In this document: one piece after another, positions 38,025-47,203 of the stretch
Position numbering within the stretch: the stretch's first letter is position 1
Layout: the number at the start of each line of letters is the position of its first letter
NCBI GenBank assembly: GCA_964579125.1
Contig: CAZOFG010000001.1
Span: forward strand, 109,928-173,927
Length of the DNA: 64,000 nucleotides
Direction of reading: 5' to 3'
Source of the DNA: an uncultured Halobacteriales archaeon
Lineage (GTDB): Archaea > Halobacteriota > Halobacteria > Halobacteriales > SKSH01
Translations under genes and position numbers: made by a program
Notes under the pieces: model-generated
Told to the model about the DNA's origin: nothing
What the model saw: the letters and a program-made list of their open reading frames with translations, nothing else
Database searches by the model: none

Positions 38025-38894
38025 CTATTCTTCGGCAACTGCCGTCTGCATGCGCGTCGAATTGAAGGCGGTCCCGATGGCCCCACCCGCCGTGATCGTG
38101 ATGACACCTGCGCGACCATCGGTTTCGACCTCGAGGTCCGCGATCGCCTCGATCGCAGCCCCCTCGGGATCGGCCCCGGCGGCTATACGCCGTTCGACTT
38201 CGCGGGCGAGTGTCATCCGAGCGATATCTTCGCCGGCGCCAGTGGTACTGACTGCAGCTCTATCTGAACAGTAAAACCCACAGCCGACCTGCGGCACGTC
38301 GCCAATGCGACCGGCCAATGCAAGCCATCGGCCGCCGGTCGAGGTCGCCGCGGCGAGGTCCGCACCATCAGTCGCAACCGCCCCGACGGTGTCGAAGGCG
38401 TGTACGCCGTCACCCCCGGTGCCGAATCGCTCGCTCACGTAGGCGAGCTGGTCGCGGAAGGACTCGGGCACATCCGCCTCGGCAAACCGGGTGGCAGTGC
38501 GCTCAGTCGAGAGATCTGCCTCCGTGTCGACGCCGATCTCAGCGGCCAACTGACGGGCGCCCTCCGGCCCCAACAACCCGTGTGGCGTCTCCGTCATGAC
38601 CGCTCGAGCGAGGTCGATCGGATGCACGACGTTCGGGACGTTGCAGACGGCCCCGACCGATCGGTCACTCGTCATCAACCCGGCATCCGTACGATACCGG
38701 CCATCCGTTTGGATCGTGCCGCCGCGACCCGCGTTGAACGCCGGATCCGCCTCAAGGGTGTTCACCGCCGCCACGACGGCCGCCATCGGCGTCTCAGCAC
38801 TCGTTCCCGCTTGAGCGGCTGCGTCAACCGTATGCTGTCGCTCGCGTGGCTCGGTGGGAACGCCACCGGCCCCGCCGTGGACGAGGACCCGCAT
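38025..38894 (-). CDS. Isoaspartyl peptidase / plant-type L-asparaginase (Ntn hydrolase)
   Basis: MRVLVHGGAG, autoprocessing site HAFDTVGAVA, and GAGEDIARMTLA. ATG at 38894. Confidence 0.85.
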   Translation of the reverse strand: MRVLVHGGAGGVPTEPRERQHTVDAAAQAGTSAETPMAAVVAAVNTLEADPAFNAGRGGTIQTDGRYRTDAGLMTSDRSVGAVCNVPNVVHPIDLARAVMTETPHGLLGPEGARQLAAEIGVDTEADLSTERTATRFAEADVPESFRDQLAYVSERFGTGGDGVHAFDTVGAVATDGADLAAATSTGGRWLALAGRIGDVPQVGCGFYCSDRAAVSTTGAGEDIARMTLAREVERRIAAGADPEGAAIEAIADLEVETDGRAGVITITAGGAIGTAFNSTRMQTAVAEE

Positions 38895-39000
38895 GGCCGA
38901 CAACGCCACGCCGGGTTCCTATGAAAGCTCCGAAGGGTGGCTGTCCCACACCAGGGAATAACAGTCCTTTTAGGCCGCTTGACCGGAGTTTTTTGTGTCA

Positions 39001-40263
39001 ATGAACTATCGACACATCCAGGTCCCGTCGGACGGACAACCGGTTCGCCTCGTGGACGAGGCGAGCGGCGAGTTGGCCGTGCCCGAGAATCCGATCATCC
39101 CGGTCATTCACGGCGACGGTACCGGCGAGGACGTGACACCTGCTGCACGCCAAGTGCTCTCCGCCGCCGCGGAAGCAACCGGACGCGAAATCAACTGGAT
39201 GCGCTTGTATGCGGGCGAGAGCGCTCGTGAACGATACGACGAGAACCTTCCGGATGAGACCGTTGACGCCCTCCGAGAGTATCGCGTCGGGCTCAAGGGC
39301 CCGCTGACCACGCCCGTCGGTGCTGGCTATCGGAGCCTCAACGTCGCCTTGCGGAAGGAACTTGACCTGTACGCCAACGTCCGCCCGACGTATCACCTCG
39401 AGGGCGTGCCCTCGCCCGTCACCGATCCGCAAAACGTCGATCTCGTCTGTTTCCGCGAGGCAACCGAGGACGTGTACGCCGGCATCGAATGGGCACCCGA
39501 CACAGAGGATGTCGACCGTGTCAAACGTTTCATCGAAGACGAGATGGGCTTTGACGACACCATCCACGACGGCCCGGTCGGCATCGGCGCGAAGCCGATT
39601 ACGGAATTCGGCACGAAACGCCTCGTCAGGCAGGCGATCGAATACGCCCACGAGCACGATCGAACCTTCGTGACACTTGTCCACAAGGGCAACATCATGA
39701 AACACACCGAAGGCGCCTTCCGGGACTGGGGCTACGAAGTCGCCGAAGAGGAATACGGCGACGACGTCATCACGGAAAACACCCTCTGGGAGGAACGCGA
39801 CGGCGAACCGCCCGAGGATGCAGTGGTGGTGAATGACCGCATCGCGGACGCGATGTTGCAATGGCTCATCCTCCGCCCGGAGGATTTCGATGTCCTCGCA
39901 TTACCCAATCTCAATGGCGATTACGTCTCGGACGCACTCGGCGCACAGATCGGCGGCCTCGGCATCGCACCCGGCGCGAACATCGGCGATGGTCGAATAC
40001 TCGCCGAGCCGGTGCATGGCTCTTCGCCAAAACACGCCGGCAAGGACAAGGTCAATCCGACGGCCAGCATCCTCTCCGGGCGCATGCTCTTTGAGTACCT
40101 CGGATGGAAGGACGCCGGTGATCTGATCAGGGATGCCGTGGAGGCAACCATTCGGGATGGCCTCGTCACGTACGATCTCGAACGGAACCTCGAGGATGCG
40201 ACGAAGCTCGCCACGAGCGAGTTTGCTGCAGAAGTCGTTCAGCGAATCGAAGAACGGGCGTAA
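39001..40263 (+). CDS. icd: Isocitrate dehydrogenase (NADP)
   Basis: GPLTTPVGAGYRSLNVALRKELDLYANVRP and NLNGDYVSDALGAQIGGLGIAPGAN. ATG at 39001 (GTG at 38995 possible). T-rich TATA-like element at 38968-38972. Confidence 0.95.
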   Translation: MNYRHIQVPSDGQPVRLVDEASGELAVPENPIIPVIHGDGTGEDVTPAARQVLSAAAEATGREINWMRLYAGESARERYDENLPDETVDALREYRVGLKGPLTTPVGAGYRSLNVALRKELDLYANVRPTYHLEGVPSPVTDPQNVDLVCFREATEDVYAGIEWAPDTEDVDRVKRFIEDEMGFDDTIHDGPVGIGAKPITEFGTKRLVRQAIEYAHEHDRTFVTLVHKGNIMKHTEGAFRDWGYEVAEEEYGDDVITENTLWEERDGEPPEDAVVVNDRIADAMLQWLILRPEDFDVLALPNLNGDYVSDALGAQIGGLGIAPGANIGDGRILAEPVHGSSPKHAGKDKVNPTASILSGRMLFEYLGWKDAGDLIRDAVEATIRDGLVTYDLERNLEDATKLATSEFAAEVVQRIEERA

Positions 40264-40298
40264 CGTCGACTGCGTCACTCCCGTCAATATCGAATTCT

Positions 40299-40321
40299 CT
40301 CGGTCAAATTCAGCGACCGAG
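40299..40321. terminator. Hairpin between convergent icd and hmgA
   Basis: CTCGGTC (40299-40305), a 9-nt loop, then GACCGAG (40315-40321), lying in the 96-bp convergent spacer. Confidence 0.25.
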
Positions 40322-40359
40322 CAATCCTGCTAAAAGTGACCGAGACAGCTTGCACGCCC

Positions 40360-41571
40360 TCATCGACCCAGCTGTTCGTGAGCGTCGGCGAGGTGACGCG
40401 AGCCGAGGGCGCCCAAGAGTGAGAGTTCACCCGCCAACGTGCCGGCAGCGACGATCTCCGCGAGGGCTCGTGCGTTCGATCCAGGCGGATCACCACCACC
40501 GGCAATCCCGAGCACGTTCAATGCGTCCTGCTGGGTAGCGAGGTGAGTGCCGCCACCGACGGTCCCGACCTCGAGGCTTGCAAGCGTGACCGACGCGTAC
40601 ACGGTATCCTCGCGGACATCGATCGTCGTAATCGCATTGGCCCCTTCGACCACCTGCGCCCCGTCCTGCCCCGTCGCGAGAAACGCCGCCGCAACGACGT
40701 TCGCGACCTGCGCGTTGAAGCCATAACTGCCGGCCTTCGCGCTCCCAACGTGGTTTTTCCGGGTGTTGATCTCTCGGAGGTGTTCGCCGGTCACACCGAG
40801 GCGGTCAGTCAGAACCTCCGCGGGGATCACCGCATCCGCGGTCACCGTATAGCCACGACCCTCGACGGCGTTGATCGCAGCGGGTTTTTTATCGGTGCAC
40901 AAGTTGCCGCTGAGCGCGATGAGGGTGGCATCCGTTTCCGCCTCGATGTGGTCCGCGGCCGCCCGGGTCGCGACGGTCACCATGTTCATCCCCATCGCAT
41001 CCTTGGTGTCGTAGACGAAGCGCAAATACACGCTATCGCCGACGACGTACGGATCAATCGCGAGTACCTCCCCGTGATCGGTCGTCGCCTCGGCCGCCCC
41101 GATAACGTCCTCTCGATGGTCTTCGAGCCAGCGAAGCAGGGCGCTAGCCGCTGCAGCGTCTTCGACCCGAAACACCGGAGCGCGGGTCATGCCAGCGTCC
41201 GTGATCCGGACCGTCGCACCCCCAGCGGCACGGAGCACGGAACACCCCCGATTGACGCTCGCGACAAGGGCGCCCTCCGTCGTCGCCATGGGAAGATAGT
41301 ACGCGTCATCGGCGTATTCGCCCCCGACCGGAAGCGGTCCGGCGATACCGACCGGAATCTGGATTCCGCCGATCAGGTTCTCGATGTTTCGCTGGGCTCG
41401 TTCGGCCGAAAACACGTACTGACCGATCGATCCAAGATCGGTCCCGGTTTCTTCGGCAATATAGCGCCGACGCGCCGTTGCGGCTGGCCCGGGATCGGCC
41501 TCGTCCTCGAGTTCGTACAGCTTCACCTCACCCGCCGACAACCGCTCCTGGAGCGCTTCGGGGTCGGTCAT
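40360..41571 (-). CDS. hmgA: 3-hydroxy-3-methylglutaryl-CoA reductase (NADPH)
   Basis: MATTEGALVASVNRG, DAMGMNMV, GTVGGGT. Confidence 0.95.
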   Translation of the reverse strand: MTDPEALQERLSAGEVKLYELEDEADPGPAATARRRYIAEETGTDLGSIGQYVFSAERAQRNIENLIGGIQIPVGIAGPLPVGGEYADDAYYLPMATTEGALVASVNRGCSVLRAAGGATVRITDAGMTRAPVFRVEDAAAASALLRWLEDHREDVIGAAEATTDHGEVLAIDPYVVGDSVYLRFVYDTKDAMGMNMVTVATRAAADHIEAETDATLIALSGNLCTDKKPAAINAVEGRGYTVTADAVIPAEVLTDRLGVTGEHLREINTRKNHVGSAKAGSYGFNAQVANVVAAAFLATGQDGAQVVEGANAITTIDVREDTVYASVTLASLEVGTVGGGTHLATQQDALNVLGIAGGGDPPGSNARALAEIVAAGTLAGELSLLGALGSRHLADAHEQLGR

Positions 41572-41797
41572 ACCCTCTATTCAGGTGGGTCTGTGAGATA
41601 GATTACGGCTCACTGCTGGATCCACCGGGTGGCCGGTCGAATTGCCGGCAACAGCGAGGGCATTCATGGGCAGGGCGATCGCTCCGACAGCCAGCCCCGG
41701 TATCGGTGACTCAAAGACAATCGTCCGCGAGTCTGATACACCAATCATTCCGTCGAGGAGAAACCTTTGTGCCGGTGCTCCCCCTCCCCGAAGGCAT

Positions 41798-43330
41798 ATG
41801 AGCGCCTCCGCTGACCTGATTTTGACGAACGCCGCCGTACACTGTCTCGACGACGAACGGACCGAGGCGACGGCGGTGGCCATTGCCGATAATCGAATCA
41901 TCCGCGTCGGATCGACCCGCCATGTCGAGCGATTGGCCGGTGTCGAGACGGTCACGATCGATTGCGATGGATTGCCAGTCCTGCCCGGATTTGTTGATGC
42001 ACATACCCACCTCGAGACGACTGGTCGGTACCTCGTCCACGCTGATCTGTCTCACGCGACATCTCGAGATGCCGCCCTCGATCGACTCTCCAATGAAGCG
42101 GCCGACGGTGACGCGTGGGCCTTGGGATTTGGCTACGACGAGAGCAATTGGGAAGATAGCACTCTGTTGACGCGCGACGATCTCGATGCAGTCAGCACGC
42201 GAACGCCCATAGCAGCGTTTCGTGTCGATATGCACACGGCGTCCCTCAACACGCCCGCCTTCGAGCAGCTGACCGATCGGTTCGACGACGAACACATCGA
42301 GATGGCGGGGGGCGAGCCGACCGGCGTCGTGCTCGAAGATGCTGTCGATGTCGTTCGGGACGCAGGGACTGGCGGACTCGCATACACCGAACGATTACTT
42401 GAGGCCGCTGAGCGCCACGCGATCGAAGCGGGCGTTACCTGCGTGCACGAACTCGTTCGTCACTCCGACGCCCCACGCATCTATCGTGAACAGGCCCTGC
42501 GAGGCGAGCTCCCGTTACGGGTGCGAATTAACTATTGGCACGACCATCTGGCCTCGATCGAGGAACTCGGGCTCCGGACGAATTTCGGGACGGAACGGCT
42601 GCAAATCGGGGCGATCAAATCCTTCACTGATGGCGCCATCGGTGGCCGGACCGCCAAACTCACGGCGCCGTATACCGACGGTGATGGAACCGGGCAGTGG
42701 GTGGTCACCCCAGAAGAGCTGCAAGAGACCGTCTCTGCCGTCGACGAAGCCGAGTCCCAAATGGCGATCCACGCTATCGGCGACGCGGCCATCGAATCAG
42801 CACTGTCGGCACTCGAGACGACCGGGGATCCAGCGCAGGCCCGCCACCGCATCGAACACGTCGAGCTGGCCAGTGACGACCATATCGAACGAATGGCCGA
42901 GGCCGGGATCGTCGCATCGATGCAGCCGAATTTCTTGCAGTGGGCCGGCGAGGGGGGCCTGTACGAGCATCGGTTGGGGCCCGAGCGAACAGCTGAGAGC
43001 AATCGATTTCGGGACCTGCTCGACGCCGGAGTACCCCTGGCCTTCGGGAGTGACAGTATGCCGCTCGATCCGCTGTTCGGCATTCAGGCCGTGGTTAATG
43101 CGCCCGAAGCGGCCCAGCGGCTCACCGTCACCGAGGCCATCGAGGCGTATACGCGCGGCGGGGCGTATGCGGGCTTCGACGAGGATCGACTCGGGACGAT
43201 CGAACCGGGAACCCTGGCCGACCTCGTCATGCTCGATGGCTCCCCGTGGGAGTCCGACGATCGCATCGACGACCTCGATGTGGTGACGACCATCGTCGGA
43301 GGTGAGGTCGTCTACGAGGATCGAACGTAA
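41798..43330 (+). CDS. Amidohydrolase-family metal-dependent hydrolase (amidohydrolase 3 / YtcJ-like)
   Basis: PGFVDAHTHLE (HxH), HAIGDAA, RIEHVE, FGSDSMP. ATG at 41798. Confidence 0.85.
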   Translation: MSASADLILTNAAVHCLDDERTEATAVAIADNRIIRVGSTRHVERLAGVETVTIDCDGLPVLPGFVDAHTHLETTGRYLVHADLSHATSRDAALDRLSNEAADGDAWALGFGYDESNWEDSTLLTRDDLDAVSTRTPIAAFRVDMHTASLNTPAFEQLTDRFDDEHIEMAGGEPTGVVLEDAVDVVRDAGTGGLAYTERLLEAAERHAIEAGVTCVHELVRHSDAPRIYREQALRGELPLRVRINYWHDHLASIEELGLRTNFGTERLQIGAIKSFTDGAIGGRTAKLTAPYTDGDGTGQWVVTPEELQETVSAVDEAESQMAIHAIGDAAIESALSALETTGDPAQARHRIEHVELASDDHIERMAEAGIVASMQPNFLQWAGEGGLYEHRLGPERTAESNRFRDLLDAGVPLAFGSDSMPLDPLFGIQAVVNAPEAAQRLTVTEAIEAYTRGGAYAGFDEDRLGTIEPGTLADLVMLDGSPWESDDRIDDLDVVTTIVGGEVVYEDRT

Positions 43331-43344
43331 CGTCGACTGGAGGT

Positions 43345-44055
43345 CTACCCGGTCGGCCTGTCGAGCGCAACCGGAATACCCGCACTCGCCACGTCAGCCG
43401 CGAACGCGGTGTCGTCCGCGGCCAGTAACTCGATCGTGTCGTAATGGATCGGGACGACGAGGTCCGGCTCCAAGGTAGCCGCCAGCGATGCAGCCGCATC
43501 CGCATCCATGACGACGGAGCCGCCGATGTTCGCCAGCAAAACGTCGACATCGTACTCGTGGAACGTGGGGAGGGCATCGGTGTCTCCCGGCCAGAAGATC
43601 TCGGTGTCTTCGATCGTGAGCAGATAGCCACACCCGAACCCACGTGGATGCGATACCGACCCATCCGGATCGGCCGCGGGTCCATCCGGGCGGTTGTACG
43701 CCGGGGTCGCTCGGACAGTTACCGAAGAATGTCCCTCAAAGCTCTCGCCCTCACGGATGCGGACGATCTCGTAGGGAAGATCGTCGATTGGTTCGACGTC
43801 ACGCTCTATTCCAGCGGTATCGACCGCGTCGAACACGACGACGGTCGCATTGGAGGCCGCTACCCGGCGAATGGCGTCCGAATCGTAGTGGTGATCATGG
43901 GTGACTACCACGAGATCCCCATCCTCCGGTCTGTGGCCGTCTAAGACGCCATATCGACCGGGATCGGTATACACAACCGGTCCTGCTCCGCGTTGGAGGC
44001 GGGCCGTCGCGTACCCGAGCCACTCGACGGTCAAATCACGCATCCGTACGGTCAT
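43345..44055 (-). CDS. MBL-fold metallo-hydrolase
   Basis: VVVTHDHHYD (HxHxDH-type) preceded by LTVEWLGYATARLQ. Start uncertain: ATG at 44055 or 44043, or TTG at 44118 (track). Confidence 0.8.
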   Translation of the reverse strand: MTVRMRDLTVEWLGYATARLQRGAGPVVYTDPGRYGVLDGHRPEDGDLVVVTHDHHYDSDAIRRVAASNATVVVFDAVDTAGIERDVEPIDDLPYEIVRIREGESFEGHSSVTVRATPAYNRPDGPAADPDGSVSHPRGFGCGYLLTIEDTEIFWPGDTDALPTFHEYDVDVLLANIGGSVVMDADAAASLAATLEPDLVVPIHYDTIELLAADDTAFAADVASAGIPVALDRPTG

Positions 44056-44110
44056 ATCGCTGATTCTGGAGTCGGCGTCCTTGAGGGTCCGGGTCTCGTC
44101 GGTGTTATCG

Positions 44111-45658
44111 CTACTCAAGGAGTGATTGGCCGGTCATTGACTCGGGAATGGGTACATCGAGCAGCGAGAGCACCGTCGGCGCGACGTCGGCCAGGGTCCC
44201 ACCCGATCGAACGTTCAAATGATCGGCAGCGTGATCGCTCGGAAGGTAGATGCACGGGACGGGATTGACCGTGTGGGCCGTGTGCGGATCCGCCTCCGTC
44301 CCCATGTTCTCAGCGTTGCCGTGGTCAGCGATTACGAGGACCTCAACGTCGTCTAAGGCCTCGAGTAATCGACCAAGTTGGGCATCAACAGCCTCGATTG
44401 CGGCCACTGCCGCCGGATACTCGCCAGTGTGGCCCACCATATCCGGATTGGCATAGTTCAATACGAGCACATCCGGATCCGTCGTCTCGATTTCGGTCAG
44501 CGTGGTGTCGGTCACCTCGGGAGCCGACATCTCCGGTTGGAGATCGTACGTGGCCACCGGCGGGCTCGGGACGATCGTCCGGTGTTCGCCCTCATATTCG
44601 ACTTCCCGACCGCCGTTCAGGAAGTACGTGACGTGGGCGTATTTCTCTGTTTCAGCGATGCGAAACTGCGTGTAGCCGGCTTCGGACAGCTTTGATCCGA
44701 GGGTCGCCTCGGGTTCGATGGACTCGAACGCGACCGGAAACGAGAAGCGCTCGTCGTACTCGCTCATCGTGACGACCTCGAGTTCTGGAGGGTCACTCGA
44801 TTGAGGCCAAACCGGCTCATGATTTGTTACCATCCGTGTCAGTTGGCGGGCCCGATCCGCCCGAAAATTCGCCAACAGGACGCCGTCACCAGCCGTCATC
44901 GAGGGTGCCTCGCCGACGATTGTCGGTTGCACGAACTCGTCGGTTTCACCACGTGCGTACGCCGCCTCCAAGGCGGCACGGGCGCTAGGCACGACGTGTC
45001 GACCGCGTCCATGCACTATGGCCTCGAAGGCCCGATACGTACGATCCCAGTTTTCGTCGCGATCCATCGCGAAATACCGGCCTGTTAGCGTGGCTATTTC
45101 GCCGGTTCCAGCCCGTTCGATCGTCCGTTCGAGACGGGCCAACAATCGAAGCGCCGAACGAGGCGGCATATCCCGGCCGTCAGTGACGAGGTGGGTCTGC
45201 ACTGAACAGCCACGCTCGGCAGCGACCTGAATCAGTGCGCGCAGGTGTTCGACATCACCATGCACGCCACCATCACTGAGTAATCCCCACAGATGGAGCG
45301 TATTCTCTGCTGCGGCCATCGATGTGAATATCGTGTCGAGTGCCTCGATAGACCGGAGCCTGCGTTGCTCGATTGCAGTGTTGATCCGGGTGAACTCCTG
45401 CTCGATGACCGTTCCAGCCCCGATCGTAAGATGCCCGACGGCGCTGTTTCCCATCTGGCCTGCGGGCAGGCCGACGGTCTCGCCGTCGGCCCTGAGATGG
45501 CCCACGACTCCCGTCTCAAGTGCCTCGTCATATGTCGGCGTATCAGCAGCCGCGATCGCGTCGCGACCATCGGCCTCCGAAGGGTCGACCGGATCGCCGG
45601 CAACCGGCCAGTAGCGACCGATGCCCCACCCGTCCAGGATGACGAGGGCTACCTCCAT
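44111..45658 (-). CDS. gpmI: 2,3-bisphosphoglycerate-independent phosphoglycerate mutase
   Basis: VALVILDGWG, NSAVGHLTIGAG, LLSDGGVHG, VIADHGNAENM. Confidence 0.93.
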   Translation of the reverse strand: MEVALVILDGWGIGRYWPVAGDPVDPSEADGRDAIAAADTPTYDEALETGVVGHLRADGETVGLPAGQMGNSAVGHLTIGAGTVIEQEFTRINTAIEQRRLRSIEALDTIFTSMAAAENTLHLWGLLSDGGVHGDVEHLRALIQVAAERGCSVQTHLVTDGRDMPPRSALRLLARLERTIERAGTGEIATLTGRYFAMDRDENWDRTYRAFEAIVHGRGRHVVPSARAALEAAYARGETDEFVQPTIVGEAPSMTAGDGVLLANFRADRARQLTRMVTNHEPVWPQSSDPPELEVVTMSEYDERFSFPVAFESIEPEATLGSKLSEAGYTQFRIAETEKYAHVTYFLNGGREVEYEGEHRTIVPSPPVATYDLQPEMSAPEVTDTTLTEIETTDPDVLVLNYANPDMVGHTGEYPAAVAAIEAVDAQLGRLLEALDDVEVLVIADHGNAENMGTEADPHTAHTVNPVPCIYLPSDHAADHLNVRSGGTLADVAPTVLSLLDVPIPESMTGQSLLE

Positions 45659-45771
45659 GCTCAGATACTCTCGCGTGGTCAGTAATTAGGTGTCGAAGAC
45701 AGTCAAAGGTGTCATGACAAGGCACAACAGATATTGGGGACCCCTCTGAATGGCTTTCTAAGACCTCCCAC

Positions 45772-47202
45772 ATGGTAGACGCGGGTGTGTTTCACTGGGT
45801 GTTGAGCGGGATCGTAACGGGGAGTTACATCGCTCTCGGGGCCATCGGGCTCGGTCTCGTGTATAACATCTCGAAGGTGCCGAACTTTGCCCACGGTGAG
45901 TTGTTGACCCTCGGGGCGTACTTCGCCCTGTGGATCAACCTCCCGTGGACGATGCCGATTCTCGACCAACTGACCTCAGGGCCAGGTGATATCGGCATCG
46001 CCCTGATGGCCGTCCTGTTCGCGATCACGGTCATTTCTGCACTCGGGATCGTGTACCTGTTGGCTGGTCGAGCAGGGTTGCGAGGCGGGTATTTTCCGAT
46101 CGATGTACCTCCGCCGGTCGGATATGCCGTTCACGGACTCGGGGCGGGGTTGATCGGTGCCTTCGTCGCCCTCGCAACACCGAGCCTGTTCGCCGGCGCC
46201 GTCTTCTCGGCACTCGTGATGGGGGCAGCCACACCGCTGTTGGATCGGTACCTCTTTGATCGGTTCCGATCGGCCGGGGCATCGCTGGCGACGATGTTGA
46301 TCGTGACCCTCGGGCTGGCGTTCTTCCTTAGGTATGGTGCCCAGGCGTACTACACGAGCGACGTACGGCAATTCGAGTATTCCGGTGAACTCACGTTGTT
46401 CGGGACGGAAATTGACTACACGACGTTCAAAGCGTTCGATTTCTTCCTTGCTGACAACGGGCTCATCCTCCGGGTCGTTGATCGGGGACCAGATGTGACC
46501 CTCGCCGTCTTCGAGTACTCGTGGCCGATTCTCGCCGTGATCCTCGTCGCGACGATTGGATTGGGCTACGGGGCGTATCGATGGCGAGGCCGGGGGATCG
46601 GTGAATACGAAGCCGCACAGACCATCGGCCCACGTCTTGTCGGTGGGTTTACCGGCCTCGTAACGCTGCTCGTCCTCGCGATCGTCCTCGGTGGGGATGG
46701 CTCGGTCCCCACGGACCACTTCGCCTCAACCCAGGTCCGAACGAGCTACCTCCGAATTGGAATTATCGCCCTTGCGGCGGCCGCGATGCTCGGATTGCAC
46801 CTCTTGCTACGGAAAACGAAACTCGGAACGGCAATGCGAGCCTCCTCCGACAACCTTGATCTTGCCGAAATAACGGGTATTGACACGAGTCGAGTGATGA
46901 TGACAACGTGGGTCATTGCCGGGGCGTTCGCCGCGGTCGCTGGCGTCGTTATCGGTGCGCTGTTTTACGGTATCCGCCCGCTCATGGGATTCTTCCAGCT
47001 ATTACCCATGTTTGCAGCCGTGATTCTCGGGGGGCTAACTTCCATCTATGGCGCAATTGTCGGCAGTTATGTCGTCGGTATCGCGATGGAAGCCGGTATT
47101 CTGTCACTGAGCTTGGATGGGCGACATCGAGTGACCATCGCGTTCATCGTCCTCTTGATCGTGCTTTTAGCTAAACCGGAAGGAATCGTGGGGGGGAAAT
47201 AA
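45772..47202 (+). CDS. livH: Branched-chain amino acid ABC transporter permease (LivH-like, extended)
   Basis: HAAT-family signature near the C-terminus: KTKLGTAMRASSDNLDLAEITGID and LLPMFAAVILGGLTSIYGAIVG. At 476 aa it is much longer than typical LivH. Confidence 0.85.
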   Translation: MVDAGVFHWVLSGIVTGSYIALGAIGLGLVYNISKVPNFAHGELLTLGAYFALWINLPWTMPILDQLTSGPGDIGIALMAVLFAITVISALGIVYLLAGRAGLRGGYFPIDVPPPVGYAVHGLGAGLIGAFVALATPSLFAGAVFSALVMGAATPLLDRYLFDRFRSAGASLATMLIVTLGLAFFLRYGAQAYYTSDVRQFEYSGELTLFGTEIDYTTFKAFDFFLADNGLILRVVDRGPDVTLAVFEYSWPILAVILVATIGLGYGAYRWRGRGIGEYEAAQTIGPRLVGGFTGLVTLLVLAIVLGGDGSVPTDHFASTQVRTSYLRIGIIALAAAAMLGLHLLLRKTKLGTAMRASSDNLDLAEITGIDTSRVMMTTWVIAGAFAAVAGVVIGALFYGIRPLMGFFQLLPMFAAVILGGLTSIYGAIVGSYVVGIAMEAGILSLSLDGRHRVTIAFIVLLIVLLAKPEGIVGGK

Positions 47203-47203
47203 C

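Noticed and set aside
36826-38274. 482-aa plus-strand ORF spanning the HIT, map and asparaginase loci
   Set aside because: It runs antisense across three independently well-supported minus-strand genes and their intergenic gaps, and has no motifs.
38998-39861. 287-aa ORF antisense to icd; likewise 40543..41601 antisense to hmgA, 27252..28589 antisense to gatD, 54833..55981 antisense to herA, 56311..57297 antisense to mptA, 43444..43944 antisense to the MBL gene, and 47960..48832 antisense to livM
   Set aside because: All mirror strongly supported genes and have the basic, low-complexity composition of high-GC antisense frames.
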